Shown here: in pieces, positions 11,465 to 32,982 of the stretch
Layout of the letters: each line of letters begins with the position of its first letter
Numbering within the stretch: the stretch's first letter is position 1
Source of the DNA: Blastocystis sp. Blastoise
Taxonomy: Eukaryota; Protista; Bigyra: Opalinata
DNA: 64,000 nucleotides
NCBI GenBank assembly: GCA_039096225.1
Contig: JBBPEB010000015.1
Coordinates: 2,170,001-2,234,000, forward strand
Reading direction: 5' to 3'
Notes under the pieces: model-generated
The model's input: only the letters and a program-made list of their open reading frames with translations
Database searches by the model: none
What the model was told of the DNA's origin: nothing
Translations under genes and position numbers: made by a program

Positions 11465-12746
11465 TTATTTTTTTCTTTGACTTGTTCTACGTTTTTGTCG
11501 CTATATTATATTATATATATAAGAGAATATATACATAATAGTATATATATATATTTACAGGCTCTTCTTCTGGTTCTGGAGGAAGCGCGCGGTTTGTTGC
11601 GCGCCTTTTTCGGCTGCTCCGTCTTCCTTCTGTTTCTGATTCCCGCGGTGATATATCTGGAGATGGAGGTTCTTCTTCATACCTATAAATAATGATATAG
11701 ATAAAATAATATATATATATATATAATACTTTCGTTTCTTTGTATTTTCTGATGTCTTTTTCTTTTGTGGCCTTAAGAAAAATAAACATATAAAAAAAAT
11801 AGTTGTTGTTATAATTATTATATATATATATGTACTTTGAAGTTGTTGTAGGTGATTCGACATTTTCAACTCCCTATTCATAGTATAATATATATATATA
11901 TATATATTATTATTATATACTAGATTTTCAAAGACTTCTCCAACACTTAATATTTTAGCCTTCAGAGGGCCTTCAGCGTAGAGAGAGTTAAAGAATAATA
12001 TAAAAATATAAATATATAATTGATTCGCTATATATATATTCATAATTATAGCATGAGTAATAATTATAAACATACTAATTATCATAATAATTATAAACAT
12101 AATAATTATCATAATAATTATAAACATATTTATAATCATAATAATTATAATAATCATAATTATAATCATAATTATAATCATTATTATAATATTATTATAA
12201 AGATATGGCTACAGAAAGATTGATTGTCATTTTCGATAAGTATTTTCGTAGTTGTTCTGGATTTGTGATTGTCTACAAATATATTGATAATAGTATAATT
12301 AATGAATGATTTATAAATGTATATTAAATATATATGTACATTGTTCTTTATATAGTTTTCAATAACCTCAAAATCAATGTGACTTTTAATCATATCTTTA
12401 TAATCCTTAGAATTGAATATTGACTATATATATAAAGATAATAAATATAAATTTGCCAATAATTATTTATATATATATGTTTATAATAGTTTTTAATAAT
12501 AAAGAAATAACAAAATAAAAACCTATTCAATAGATAGAATATATATACTTCAAAAGGGAATTGTGTGACTTCTGTATTCTGTTTTATTCGCTTCAAAATA
12601 TTCAAACCCTCTGTAAACTGAATAACTTCCGCTTTTACAGATTTCCTATATATAATAAACATAATTTATTAGTAAATAAATAAATAATAAATAAATAAAT
12701 AATAAATAAATAATAAATAAATAATAAATAAATAATAAATAAATAA

Positions 12747-12785
<39 letters not shown>

Positions 12786-14938
12786 AATAAATAAATAAAT
12801 AATATATATACATACTTCTTATGGCTAGTAGAATGATTGACATGATATTCTTCTTCTTCTATTTCTTTATCATGATCGCTTGTACTATCTCCTTCTTCAC
12901 TCGTTTCTGCAATCACGTGACGGCCATGTGACCGAGAAGTATGACGATCTTTCTTTTTCTCTGGAATTAAATTAGATTTATCGTCTTTAACCACACTATC
13001 TGATGTTGTTTCATTCTTTCCCTTGGGAATAGGAGATATAGATCGATGAGAATGATTGGATTGATTATGTCGTTGAGAATGAGAAGATTTATCAATATTA
13101 GAAATAGATGAAGATGAGGAAATACTTTGAATTGATTCTGATTGGACTTCAGGAGAAAGAGAAGTTTCAATTTCGTTAGGAAGAGGAGTAACAGTAGGAC
13201 TAAGAGAAGAAGAAGGAGAAGAAGAAGAAATAATATTTTGAGTGGAAGTTTTATTGGGAGATGATTTAGTTGTCTCCTTAACATTTGTAGCTATTATATT
13301 GTCTATATCATGATTTTGTTCTTCTGTCACATGATCTATTTGTGGTTCTACTTTCTCAATAGTATTTGAAACAGGAAGAGACGATTGTGTTGTTATTATA
13401 GGTTGTTGAGAAGTGACAGAAATAACATCAGGAGAAGAAGGAAGAATATTTGTTCGCATAGAAAGAATAGCTATAGAAGAATAGAATAGAATAGTAGGAT
13501 AACAATAGGAATAAAAATGACTATTGTTTTAATTATAAGAATATAATTGGACATAGAAATTATATAAAAATATATATATATTATTTATAATAGAATAAGT
13601 AATATATATGTATACATTCTTCTTGTTTAATAGGAACATTAGTATCATTATTATCATTATTTAAATTGATTTCAACAGATACTTTTGGGTCTGATTTTAT
13701 ACTAGTTTCAACTGATATATTTTCACGGGAATCATGATTTTTCAAAGAGTTCACATTAACTACAGGTTCAATAGTTGTATTTGTTCCTACTGGAATAACA
13801 GTTGAAGTAGAAGATAGAGAAGGAATTGATACTGGTGATGAAGATCGTTGAATAGGTTGGGAGGGAGGTAAATGAACAAACGTAGCTATATGTATATCTG
13901 TTGGAGAAGAAACCACTGTTATTGCTAGGAAATATATATATATTGATATTGATATTCATTCATAAAATAATAGAATTCAAAGAAAAATGATGAAATTTAT
14001 AGAAATATTGATTTACATTAAAAAAAATATTTCAAAAATAATAATACATATATTTCACAAACAATTAACTATTAAATAATATAATAATAATGATAAGTAA
14101 TATATATATACCATTTTCCTCAGACTTATTATTACATATTATATTCATATTTACTTGTTGATAGGGAATAAAAGGTGTTTTTTGTTCAGATACAACAGGA
14201 AAATGTGTGTTCTTATCTATATTTAATGTGGATATATATTCCTTTTCAGTAAAAACCTGTATATCTTTATCAGAAAATATATAGAGAGGTTCTTCTTTTT
14301 TTATATCATTTGTTTTGATAGAATTCTGAGTAGTTAAATTATGTATAAAACGCTTGTTTTCTAATTTCGTTGGTGTTAACAACGTATATTTGATTTCTTC
14401 TTTAGATACAGCAGATATTTCAGCATAATCTTGCTCCATCTGTGCATATAGATCCTTGATTTGTTGACTCACATTAAATGGAGGAATTATGTCCCCATCT
14501 TTACAATAAGAATTGAAATTTGTGTTTTTCTTATTTGATTCATTCATATCATCAGTGACTCTTGACAGATCTGAATGTGAAATGTCACCATCAGTTGAAA
14601 TCGCAAAACCTAAAGAATAAAATAATAATATTCAATTTTTTCCATTATACCTTGCATATTAAGCATTTGCTGCAAAAGAGGATTAAATCCTTTAACATAA
14701 TTCTGGAAATCATCAAGCGTGATTGAATTTGAATTTGATTTTAAAGATCTAATATAAATAATCATCCTTAAGATTGTATGTTGTGTACTTTATAATATCT
14801 CTTAACTGCAAAAGAATCTCTTCTTTTTCCTTCAGATCAAAATTGTTAAGAAATGAATCTAAATATATCAAGAATCATTTGTTTATAGCATATACCTGTT
14901 GTTGACGAATTTAGTAATGGATTCTGAGGCACTGACAT
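11465..14938 (-). CDS. Hypothetical Ser/Pro/Thr-rich low-complexity protein with basic C-terminus, about 12 exons, contains an AT-AC intron
   Basis: Start MSVPQNPLLNSSTT; long exons equal ORFs 14065-14547, 13581-13916 and 12635-13459; ends ...RSSRKRRATNRALPPEPEEEP|RQKRRTSQRKK* (NLS-like). Confidence 0.75.
11978..12206 (-). other. U12-type (minor spliceosome) AT-AC intron, 229 nt
   Basis: Donor ATATCTTT, branch site TTCTTTAAC about 9 nt from the acceptor TAC; removal joins ...NLSVA|AEGPLKAKIL in frame. Confidence 0.85.
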
Positions 14939-15197
14939 GACTCAAACTATGAAAAAAAAAATCAATTTTTTAATTTTTTTTTTTTTAATTTTATTTCTTA
15001 TTTTTAAAAAGTTTTTTGTATAATTATTAAAAAAAAATGAATATATTAATAGTCATTGAGAAATGATCTCTCGTATGATTTATATTTACATAACAAAACT
15101 CAATTGAAAACTAAAAGTTATGACAGTGAAAAAAGAGAAGAATATGATACTACTTTAAATTTTTATAATAGGAATAATTAAAAATTCTAAATTATAT

Positions 15198-16419
15198 TTA
15201 TTCAGCAACAGCAATTGGTTCTATAAGTGAATATATAAAGTAGAAATTCGGTAAAAAAAAAAACAGAAACAAATATAAATATAATAAATAAGAAACATGA
15301 ATAAATAATAATTATTATTTTTATATATAAAAGAAATATAATAGATATCAAGTAAGAGTAATTTATAATAGAAAAATATAGAAGAATTACATATATATAT
15401 ATACCTTTTTGACACTCATTTTCGACTTCTTCTTCATCTTCTCTAATAACAATAGTATGAGGAGGAGAAGAAACTTCAGAGGATTTTATAGTAGTAGATA
15501 CAGTAGGAAGAGAAGGAGCATCTTCAAGAACAACTTGTTTACTTAATTTTTCATATTCTTCTTCTAATGATGAATCGTTTATATCATCTCCAAATATTAC
15601 ATTAAACTTCTCATTGATTTGCTAAAAACAAAATAGAAATTATTATCAATATATTCTTTAAAACAAAAGATTCTATATATATATATATATACATCAGTTT
15701 CATCTTTAAATTCACCAATCTTTTCAATATCATCTTTCATTTGTTCAATAGAATTCATATCCTAAATATATTATTCATTATAATAATAGCATACTAATAA
15801 CTAAAGAAATTTATCCAAAAATATATATATATAAATAATAATATAATAATATAATATCATTTAAAAGACTATTCCAATAAAAATATATATCTATAAACAA
15901 TATAAATATAAACATAATGCTTACTACTTCAAGTGAATGTAAAGCACTACGTGTTTGATTAAGAGCGCTGTAGACAGCGTTTATATCACGTTGTTCAGTT
16001 AATAAATCTAAATCACTAATAATATTTGTGATTTTCTTTGAGTAATCCTTTATATGTGACTCCTCACCACTTTATAATATTAATACATATTAATAATATA
16101 ATAAAAGCATACACCTTTAATTGAAGATAAAATCTACACATTTCCTATAGTAAATGTTATAAGATTAAAAAATATAGACCGAGAAGCATACAGTATTCTT
16201 AGAAGATAAATATTTCTTAGCTTGATCCTCATAATATTGTTGATTCTTAGATGCCTTGTTACGAAGTGTAGTGAATCTGTCTTTCACTTTATTGATTTCT
16301 AGTTCAGCTTGCTCATCTTTACTTAAAACAAGGTCTACTTGATCTTGAAGTTCCTGAGATACAAGTGGTTCCTCAACTTGTGAAGAAGCGCTTCCATTCT
16401 TTAAAAGACAATTTCCCAT
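15198..16419 (-). CDS. VPS20: ESCRT-III Snf7-family protein, Vps20/CHMP6-like
   Basis: N-myristoylation start MGNC; SKDEQAELEINKVKDR...AKKYL...YLQLK; INAVYSALNQTRSALHSL; acidic C-terminus DSSLEEEYEKL...DAPSLP. Confidence 0.8.
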
Positions 16420-16816
16420 ATTTATGAAATATTGAAAAAGATATTGATGAAAAAACAAATCAACAAATATGAAACTCGTTTTTTGGATTGTAAACGCATT
16501 TTGTAGAGTGTTTTTCTAGTGAAAAAACTTATATTCTCATTTATATTGATAATATATATATCAAATCATTCATACTATTTTTTGATTATGCTCTAGTGTA
16601 TTTGCTGACTTTGTTAACAAATAAAAGTTGATTTACGTTAATTATCACAGCGTTTTTATTATTTTGAAAACATTATTTTATTAAACGTACGAATATACAA
16701 TGTTTAGTAAATATAATTGATTCAGAATATATATATGAACATTAATTATTCACAAGAATAGTATATTCCTTAGGATTTGTATTCTTGTTTAGGCATATAA
16801 GAGAAAAACATTCGTT

Positions 16817-16890
16817 GCTCGCATGGCCCAATTGGATAAGGCATCTGCCTACGGAGCAGGAGATTGTGGGTTCAAGTCCCGCTGTGAGCT
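16817..16890 (+). tRNA. tRNA-Arg (ACG)
   Basis: Cloverleaf GCTCGCA/TGTGAGC acceptor, TCTGC-CT ACG GA-GCAGG anticodon arm, GTGGG-TTCAAGT-CCCGC T arm; T-run terminator at 16896-16900. Confidence 0.96.
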
Positions 16891-17067
16891 ACTTCTTTTT
16901 ATTTTATTCGTCACTTTTTCAATTTATTATATTAATACTATTAAATGGAAATATTTCTTTTTTATAAGATAAACTAAGTTAGAAACAATATTATTGAATC
17001 GACTAAACAATATAAGCAATTTTTAACAACAAGATTTATTCAACAAGAACAAAAGATTTGATATTTG

Positions 17068-18201
17068 TTATATATCATTTGGATTAACAACTATTCTAAA
17101 TACGTGTTTACCATTGAAGTGTTCTTTTATTCGATCAAATTCACAGGATTCACATATATTGAATAATGGGCAATTTAGGCAAACAAATCTTATTCCTTTT
17201 ATAGGACATGTCTTACAAATATCGCATGGGAAATTCTGTGAATGAATAATGTTCTTTTCAAAAGAAGGGATGACTCTATCAAATGTAATTGTTTGTAATT
17301 GTTTCACCATAGGAACATATTTTTCTGCATTTATCCAATTAAAGTGTTCACCACATCCAAATTGAATATTTCCTCCATGATAATCTCTTCCACAAATCAT
17401 TAAAGTACAACCTCCTTCTCGACGTATAACTCTATGACATTTAGGGCAATATCTTGCATCTCTAGCTAGAAATGATTCATCTTCTTCCATAGCTTTGAAG
17501 TTGTTTTCTATTCTTATTTTTTCTTCTTCATATTCTTGACGAGAATTTTCATAATCTGCCATTTCATTTTCATATTGTTTTCTTTTCTGTGCTCGATCAT
17601 ATTTTGCACCTTGCTTCCATTTCATATATGTGATTTCATAATTTTCATACTGAGAACATGAACATCTATGATGATATGGTTTTCGACATATACTACATTG
17701 AGAACTATGACACTTTGGACAGATAACTTCCACACAATTATCCATATCTTCTTTATAAAGTATACATTTGCCGTTACAGTTTTCATTTAGACAGCTCATA
17801 GTATGTTCTTCCATATAATAATTAAACAGAACATTATCATAAAACTCAAAAGCTTTCCTTGCTTCCTTAGAAGAAAGATCACCATGAGAGAATATCTGAG
17901 CAACTTCTAAAGAACTCAAGTTGTAATGTGGTTCTGTACATGAAGGACAACAAGCTTTTTGTTTTTGTTCTACAAATGAATGAATTGAATCGATACAACA
18001 ATCAAAACAGAATCTATGATGTCTAGGACAATCAAATATATATATATCTGACATAGGCTTCTCTTCCATACACATCGAACACTCATATAAGACTTCCTTT
18101 GGATGTTTTAAGTAATCAGGTACATCAAACAAGTCTGGTATATCACTATCTTGAAATGTGTATGTAGATTGAGACTGATTGATTTCTGATACTGTTGACA
18201 T
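17068..18201 (-). CDS. RBR (RING1-IBR-RING2) E3 ubiquitin ligase with coiled-coil insert and C-terminal ZZ zinc finger; intronless
   Basis: 377-aa ORF: CSMC..CPRHHRFCFDC..CPSC (RING1), CLNENC..CPKC..CSIC..HHRCSC (IBR), CPKC....REGGCTLMIC (RING2), CDIC...IKGIRFVCLNC..FNICESC..H...H (ZZ). Confidence 0.9.
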   Translation of the reverse strand: MSTVSEINQSQSTYTFQDSDIPDLFDVPDYLKHPKEVLYECSMCMEEKPMSDIYIFDCPRHHRFCFDCCIDSIHSFVEQKQKACCPSCTEPHYNLSSLEVAQIFSHGDLSSKEARKAFEFYDNVLFNYYMEEHTMSCLNENCNGKCILYKEDMDNCVEVICPKCHSSQCSICRKPYHHRCSCSQYENYEITYMKWKQGAKYDRAQKRKQYENEMADYENSRQEYEEEKIRIENNFKAMEEDESFLARDARYCPKCHRVIRREGGCTLMICGRDYHGGNIQFGCGEHFNWINAEKYVPMVKQLQTITFDRVIPSFEKNIIHSQNFPCDICKTCPIKGIRFVCLNCPLFNICESCEFDRIKEHFNGKHVFRIVVNPNDI

Positions 18202-18582
18202 TCGTATTATTTTTATTTATTCTATACATATATATCATATAGTAACGATTTATCAAAATATTATAATATTAACTGTAGGATTTAATGATTTATATTTACT
18301 TTTACAAGAATGGAAATTTCTATTTATCAAAAATTGCATTATTGCGTTACACATTTGATTATATATATAAATCATTTTGTTCATAATGTTTTATAAGTAG
18401 ACTTAGACTTAATAAACAAAACTACACATATTAATTTGAAAACTATAAGATATCTAAGGAAAAATGAATGTATTAACTACATAAAAAGTTTTTATGGTTA
18501 AGAGATAATAAATCTATGTATATGAAAAAAAATCTAACTAAAAAAACTATAATCCAAAAAAAAAAGTAGAAAGAAAACTATT

Positions 18583-23915
<5,333 letters not shown>

Positions 23916-25064
23916 ATTCTTTAGTATAGATAAAATAATATAGAATCAATTTCCGGTCGTGTTGCGAGAAAATCGGATAAACAATAGACCTGAATGTACA
24001 ATCGTCATTATTGAAAAAAATCATCTTTGAGAAAGAAGACTTTCTGAATTCCAAGACAGAATCACTTAACAAAATGACGTTTCACTTTTTAGGCTCATAT
24101 ATTCTTTTAAGACCATAATTTTAATTATTACGAACATTAGTCATATATTCCTCTAGGATTATTAAGGTAACATATAAAATAGAACGAACCATTTAATTTC
24201 CCATAAAAATCGTTAGTTCTCCCACTATGTTTTGATCATTTTCAACTTGAATTCGTGTTGATTGAATGTGTTTCTTTTATTGAAAATGTGTTTTCTTTTC
24301 TTATATGATTTTTTATTATTCATTCTTTGTACACTATATTGATTCATTAAGGCAATCATCTTACTTTTGAAGGAATTGAAAAAAAATAAGAATTTATATT
24401 ACTTTTTCAATTGAACAACACGACTTTCCCTTTATTGGATAGTATTTATGCTATTTCTTATGTAGATTGTTTAGAGAACAGCATAATGTAAGTTCTAGGT
24501 AAGATCTATATGAAGAATTCTATTGTAGCTCTCTATGATCTGTCCTATTTAGTTTTTCTATTGTTAATTATCATTAATTTTTTATATTTTATAATATATA
24601 TATCTTTTTAATACTATTTATTAACAATAATTATCAAATAATACAATAACTTTTTTTTCTTCAATTTATAATACTGGTGATTAAAACATATAATTCAAAA
24701 TGTATGAATCAAGTTGAGGAATACGAGATTTCATAGAAAAGTCTTTAAAGAAATAAAAATGAATACTATATTTTTGCTGGCAACACATTTATTCAGAAAT
24801 AATCAGCATCTTTTATAGTACTGGCTTAGTTTGAAATGATAATCACAAGCATTTATATAAAAGAAAACTTTTTGTTATAGTTTATATTGCACATTATGTT
24901 TTAAAACTAAATATAGTTTATACTACGATAGTAGTGAATTATATTTTTTATAGTAAAAGAAACGAAATACTTTCTACTCTTATGAAATACAAATGACTTG
25001 AAAAAAATATTCTGTTTTGATGAGAATAGAAAAGAAAAGTATTTTTTTGTTTTTTGTATTAATA

Positions 25065-25864
25065 ATGAATAAGTGGGTTAAAGTATTTGTGTATTTCTAT
25101 TTAGATTAACTATTCTTATAGATTGCAGGACTTGCTTGTGGATTTTTAGTATCACTTTATTATGGATTTGGTGTTGTCTACTTTGTTATCGCCTGTATAC
25201 TATTGATGTTTATGAACTTATCAGATGAACCTTATGAAGGATTATCTGCATATTCTTTCCTAAACCCTAATGCTGAACGAATTATGGGTACAGTCACACC
25301 AGAAAAACTTCAGGGACAAATGTATGGAATTCCAACTCAAGAGAAAGAAGAATATCAAAAACCAAAGAAACCCCAAGAAGACCCACATGATGCGTATATA
25401 TATTCTTATAAAATTATTATTCATACTTTCACCTTATTATGAAATATATATCAATATATATGATCAATGTCTATACATATAGAGCTCTTCGAAAAGCTAG
25501 AGAGTTATCTCTTCATGGATCAGCTTATCTAGCATCATCACTAAAAAAACGAACTGTCCATCAAAAACGTGATAGTATATTTTCCTTGTAACATCAATCA
25601 TTACTCTATATTCTAAACATACTTTATTTAAAATGAACATTTTTTCATTAGAACTTTTATATATATATATACATATTTCTATTCATTATTTATTTTTATT
25701 TTACATGTATATATACACTAAAATTTTAAATCTATTTATTTATTTTTAAAGCTCCTTCCTTGAATGGTCCTTGTCCTTGTGGCTCAGGAGAAAAATATAA
25801 ACGCTGTTGTGGTAAGAAGAACAAAAATGATGAAGATGAGGATTTTGATGAATTTGTAGAATAA
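25065..25864 (+). CDS. SAYSvFN-domain membrane protein (SAYSD1-like) with C-terminal SEC-C zinc-binding motif, 4 exons
   Basis: [19 protein letters not shown]...[24 protein letters not shown]; last exon [21 protein letters not shown]...DEFVE*. Confidence 0.85.
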
Positions 25865-26454
25865 TTACGTTTCCTTTTATTTATTATTTTATTAATATTA
25901 TTTAATAATTCATATTGGATTATCATCGTTAATATATCACTTGAATGTATATATTGTAGTATTCAATATTATTATCATTTATATTGTTGTATATTTCTTC
26001 TTCTTTTGTTATATTATAGTATCTAAAATTCAAATACACTGTTTCTTATTTTACATATTTTTCTTAGAATAATCTTATAAAGATTTTTGTATTGATAATA
26101 CATACAACTTCAGTTTTTCACCATTCAAATTGACTATCCTTCTTAGAATTTTATTCATTTTTTTATTGCACCGAGTTATTTTATTATCATTCATATACTT
26201 GTTTCGTTATGTTTAAGATAATACTGAAACTAATTAATTAGAAGTTCACAAAGATGAAAAATAAATGCTGAATATGTGAGTAAGCATCAGTTACAGTATA
26301 ATCAAAATGCAAATAAATAGGAAAATATCACAATATAGAAATAATAATGAAAAACAACAAATTCATAATTATAACACAAGAACTCGGTCAAAACACAAAT
26401 GTTTTCTTGGAATTCATTAATTCATGTATTGTTCATCTTTTTTTCTGATTTTCA

Positions 26455-29347
<2,893 letters not shown>

Positions 29348-29541
29348 TAATAGAATTAGTAGTTTAGTATAATGATTTTGTTTAGTTTTTTAGCAATGAA
29401 ATATAATAGCAAAACAATTTTTTAATCAATATAAATCAAGTAATACAGCAAAACAAAGTGAATCGTCAATAGCAAAAACAAAAAAACAATTAAAAGCAAC
29501 TAATAATGTAATAAATAATCATTGAATTATGTTTATAATTT

Positions 29542-29879
29542 CTATTCTTTGGATTGATTAAATGGATTATAAATAACATTAGGGTTTAAAATAGTACTAT
29601 AAGGAGTAGAAGATGGGTAACCAGAATTACTAGTATGAAGAGAAGAATAAGTAGCAATAGGAATATTTGGATTCATGTTATTGTTATTATTATTATTAAT
29701 AGGTATATTATTATTAATAGGTATATTATTATTAATAGGTATATTATTATTAATAGGTATATTATTATTAATAGGTATATTATTATTAATAGGTATATTA
29801 TTATTATTAGGCATATTATTATTATTAGGTATATTATTATTATTATTATTTTTATTATTATTATTATTATTAATAGGTA

Positions 29880-29913
<34 letters not shown>

Positions 29914-29918
29914 AGGTA

Positions 29919-29987
<69 letters not shown>

Positions 29988-30732
29988 TATTAATTGGTTT
30001 AGGGTTACTAATAGAGGGAGTAAATGATAATTTAGGAGAACCAGAAGGAGAATCTATTTGGTTTGATTGAATTGATTCAGTATATATATCGTTATTGTTA
30101 TGAATAGATGGTTCAGGAGAAGATAATGAAGGAGAAATATTTGTAGATTTAGAAATAGAATTCACATGATTTATTTCAGGTTTTTTTTCTATAGAATTTG
30201 AAGTAGGTTTATTTTCACTAATATTTTTGTTAATTTCATCACTTAGACTGTTAAAAGTATCTGAAAAAAGATCACTAGCAACATTAAATGCAGAATTCAT
30301 AAACTATATATAAAGGAGAACAATAAAGAAAATATGACAAATATATATATATATATATATATAGTTATCATAATAAAAAAGTTAAAAATATACTTTACAG
30401 AAATTATCACTTAGTTGATATTTACGATCTACTTCTTGAAGTTGTTTAATAAAATCAGGAGAAACACTGTCATTAGGCAAAGATTTCGACTCTTGTTTTT
30501 TGGATTCATTTTTAGATGAAGAAGAAGTAGTTGCAGGAGCATCAATATCTATATCATTATGACTATTAGAAAAATAAGAAGCTGTAGGAATAGAGGAATC
30601 ACGTTTAGCTTCTTCCTGTTCTTTATTAGACTCATCAATCTTCTTCTTCACATCTTCAAACTATATAGGTTATCAGTAATTTTTATTTTATTATAAGTAT
30701 GTTATTAAAATTAATAATAAACAAAGAAAATG

Positions 30733-30769
<37 letters not shown>

Positions 30770-31266
30770 CACAAAAAATAATATAGATATAATAACAAAT
30801 AACATAATAAGCATATATATATATATCATACAACAGTAGAAATAGTACCACATAAAGAGTTAACAAAACAATTGAAATTCTTTTCTAGACTGTCATCAGT
30901 AGATTTATTTTCCGGTTTATTTGGTTCAACAGGAGCTTTATTTGATGTTTCTTCTACTGATTGGACTGGTTCTTCTTCTTTAGGATTTGTTGTGTGTTCT
31001 GAAGAAACAGAAGGTGATGGAGGAAGACACGAATTAAGCATCGTGTCATCAATAATTTTTTGAACATAATCACGTTCTTTAACGTAAGCCATTCTCTTTT
31101 CATCTAAAGCTACTCTTTCAGGATCAGATAATGTTGGAAACAGAGAATCGATATAATTTAAAGCAGAGTTATAAGCAAGGATAGAGTTGTCATAACGTTT
31201 GTAAAAAAACTCACCTCTAGCTTGATTTATCATTTGGAAAATAGTATCTTGATTGCTCATTTGCAT
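29542..31266 (-). CDS. Hypothetical protein with N-terminal MIT-like three-helix domain and Asn-rich (NNNIPI)n C-terminal region, 3 exons
   Basis: Exons equal ORFs 30826-31266, 30382-30651 and 29542-30300, joined in phase 0; N-terminus INQAR..FYKRYDNSILAYNSALNYI...E..YVQKII resembles katanin-type MIT helices. Confidence 0.7.
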
Positions 31267-32982
31267 ATTTCTTTTAAAATGAAGATAATAAAAATTATTA
31301 ATTTATATTTGATATAAATTATTTATGAAGAAACGATGTTCGTTAAAAAAATTAGATTGAAAGAAAAACTGGATACTAAAAAAAAATGTTCGATAATGAA
31401 TCCTCAAGAGAATCACGAAAAGAACCAACATTATTAACAATTAACCATGGAAAAACAAACAAGCCTCCTTTAACTGAAAGTTATAGTTTCTTTTCATACA
31501 GTTCCGAAACAGAAGTGATAAATCCTTCAGCTATCGTTTTTTGAGTTTTTTTCAGTGTCTCTTTCATTTGAAATATGACTTTTATATTATTTCGAACAAA
31601 AAGAATAATAATTGTGGCGAAATCTTCAATATAATTTATTCTTAATGATATGTTAACGTTTACTGCTATGATAATAATATAATGGAAGTTGTTCCCAAAA
31701 ATAGAGACCATATGTGAAACTGAAATCATCTAAAAATTATCAACGTAGCAATACTATAATGGTAATCATAATATAATCTTAAATAAAAAGGAGAATAAAT
31801 ATTGATAATGAAAATATTGATAGTGAAACTCATTGAAATGATTTTTAAAAATATTTATATAAGGGTATTTAAATTAATAAAAAGAATAACTTTTCATAAT
31901 GTTTCTGTGCTTCAAGTAGACTGGAATGGAATTGTCTACCGACGTTCTTCGATGTATATCGGAATGCCGAAGCAAAAGATATACTAGCCTCCCAATTTAA
32001 GCTCAGAAACTATTACGAATCATCAAAGTTAGAATGTATGTCTATTTTGTAAGAAAATAGAAAAGAGAGTACACTATAGAAATGATCCTGTATGAGTACA
32101 GTCTTATCAGAAAATTGGACTTAGAATTCCTCTTGAGAAACCAGTGTGATAAAATGATTAGAAGTATCACTTTTTGATTTTTGGCAGACTTTTGTACGAA
32201 TAAAATAGTCTCTCCATGATTTATATTTTTTTTATTAGACATGACGCTAAATTATATAAATCTATACTTAAATAGAATCAAATAAAGGCAGAAATAAGTG
32301 ATTAGATCATTTTGATTTATATAAAAATAAAAGATAAATGATTGCTTAATGGTTTGCAAATGCATTTTTATAGAATAGTATACAGTTTCCAATGAAAATT
32401 AAGTGAAAAAAAATAAAATTTAGCTCTTCGAACAAAAAAAGATAATAATTATTCATTTTCTCTAATGATATGTGTTTATAATGAGGTTTTACAGTCAAAA
32501 GAAATTAAAATAATATTTTTAGATAGTTCAACTGTCATAAAGGTATTAAAACATATAATAAATAATTTTTTTAATGAAAAATGTTTTGTTCACATTTTAT
32601 TATATTTATTTTGCTTTTTATTTACATTATAATATTTATATATAATTTAAGCTGTAGCCATGTATTCATTTTTTGATAATTTAGACTTTATAAGCGATTA
32701 ACCATTTTTTAATTTTTCATTTAATGACGAGATTCATCTATTTTACACTTTTATTTTGATATAGTTGACTTATTAGAACTAACAATTGGCTAATAATATC
32801 CTGATAACTAGAGTGTTGGGTAATTTCTTATTTTTTATGCTTTTTGTTTATAAAACATATAGCCCATAAGTATTAGAGTTTGAAATGTGTATTATTTTTT
32901 AACAAGAATAACGTAGCAAGAAGAAAGAAGAAAAATTATCAAAAAATGCTTTCTTTTAAATAAAAACTATTAAAAAAAAGCT

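Noticed and set aside
16785-16967. 60-aa ORF overlapping tRNA-Arg
   Set aside because: Fortuitous reading frame through the tRNA gene.
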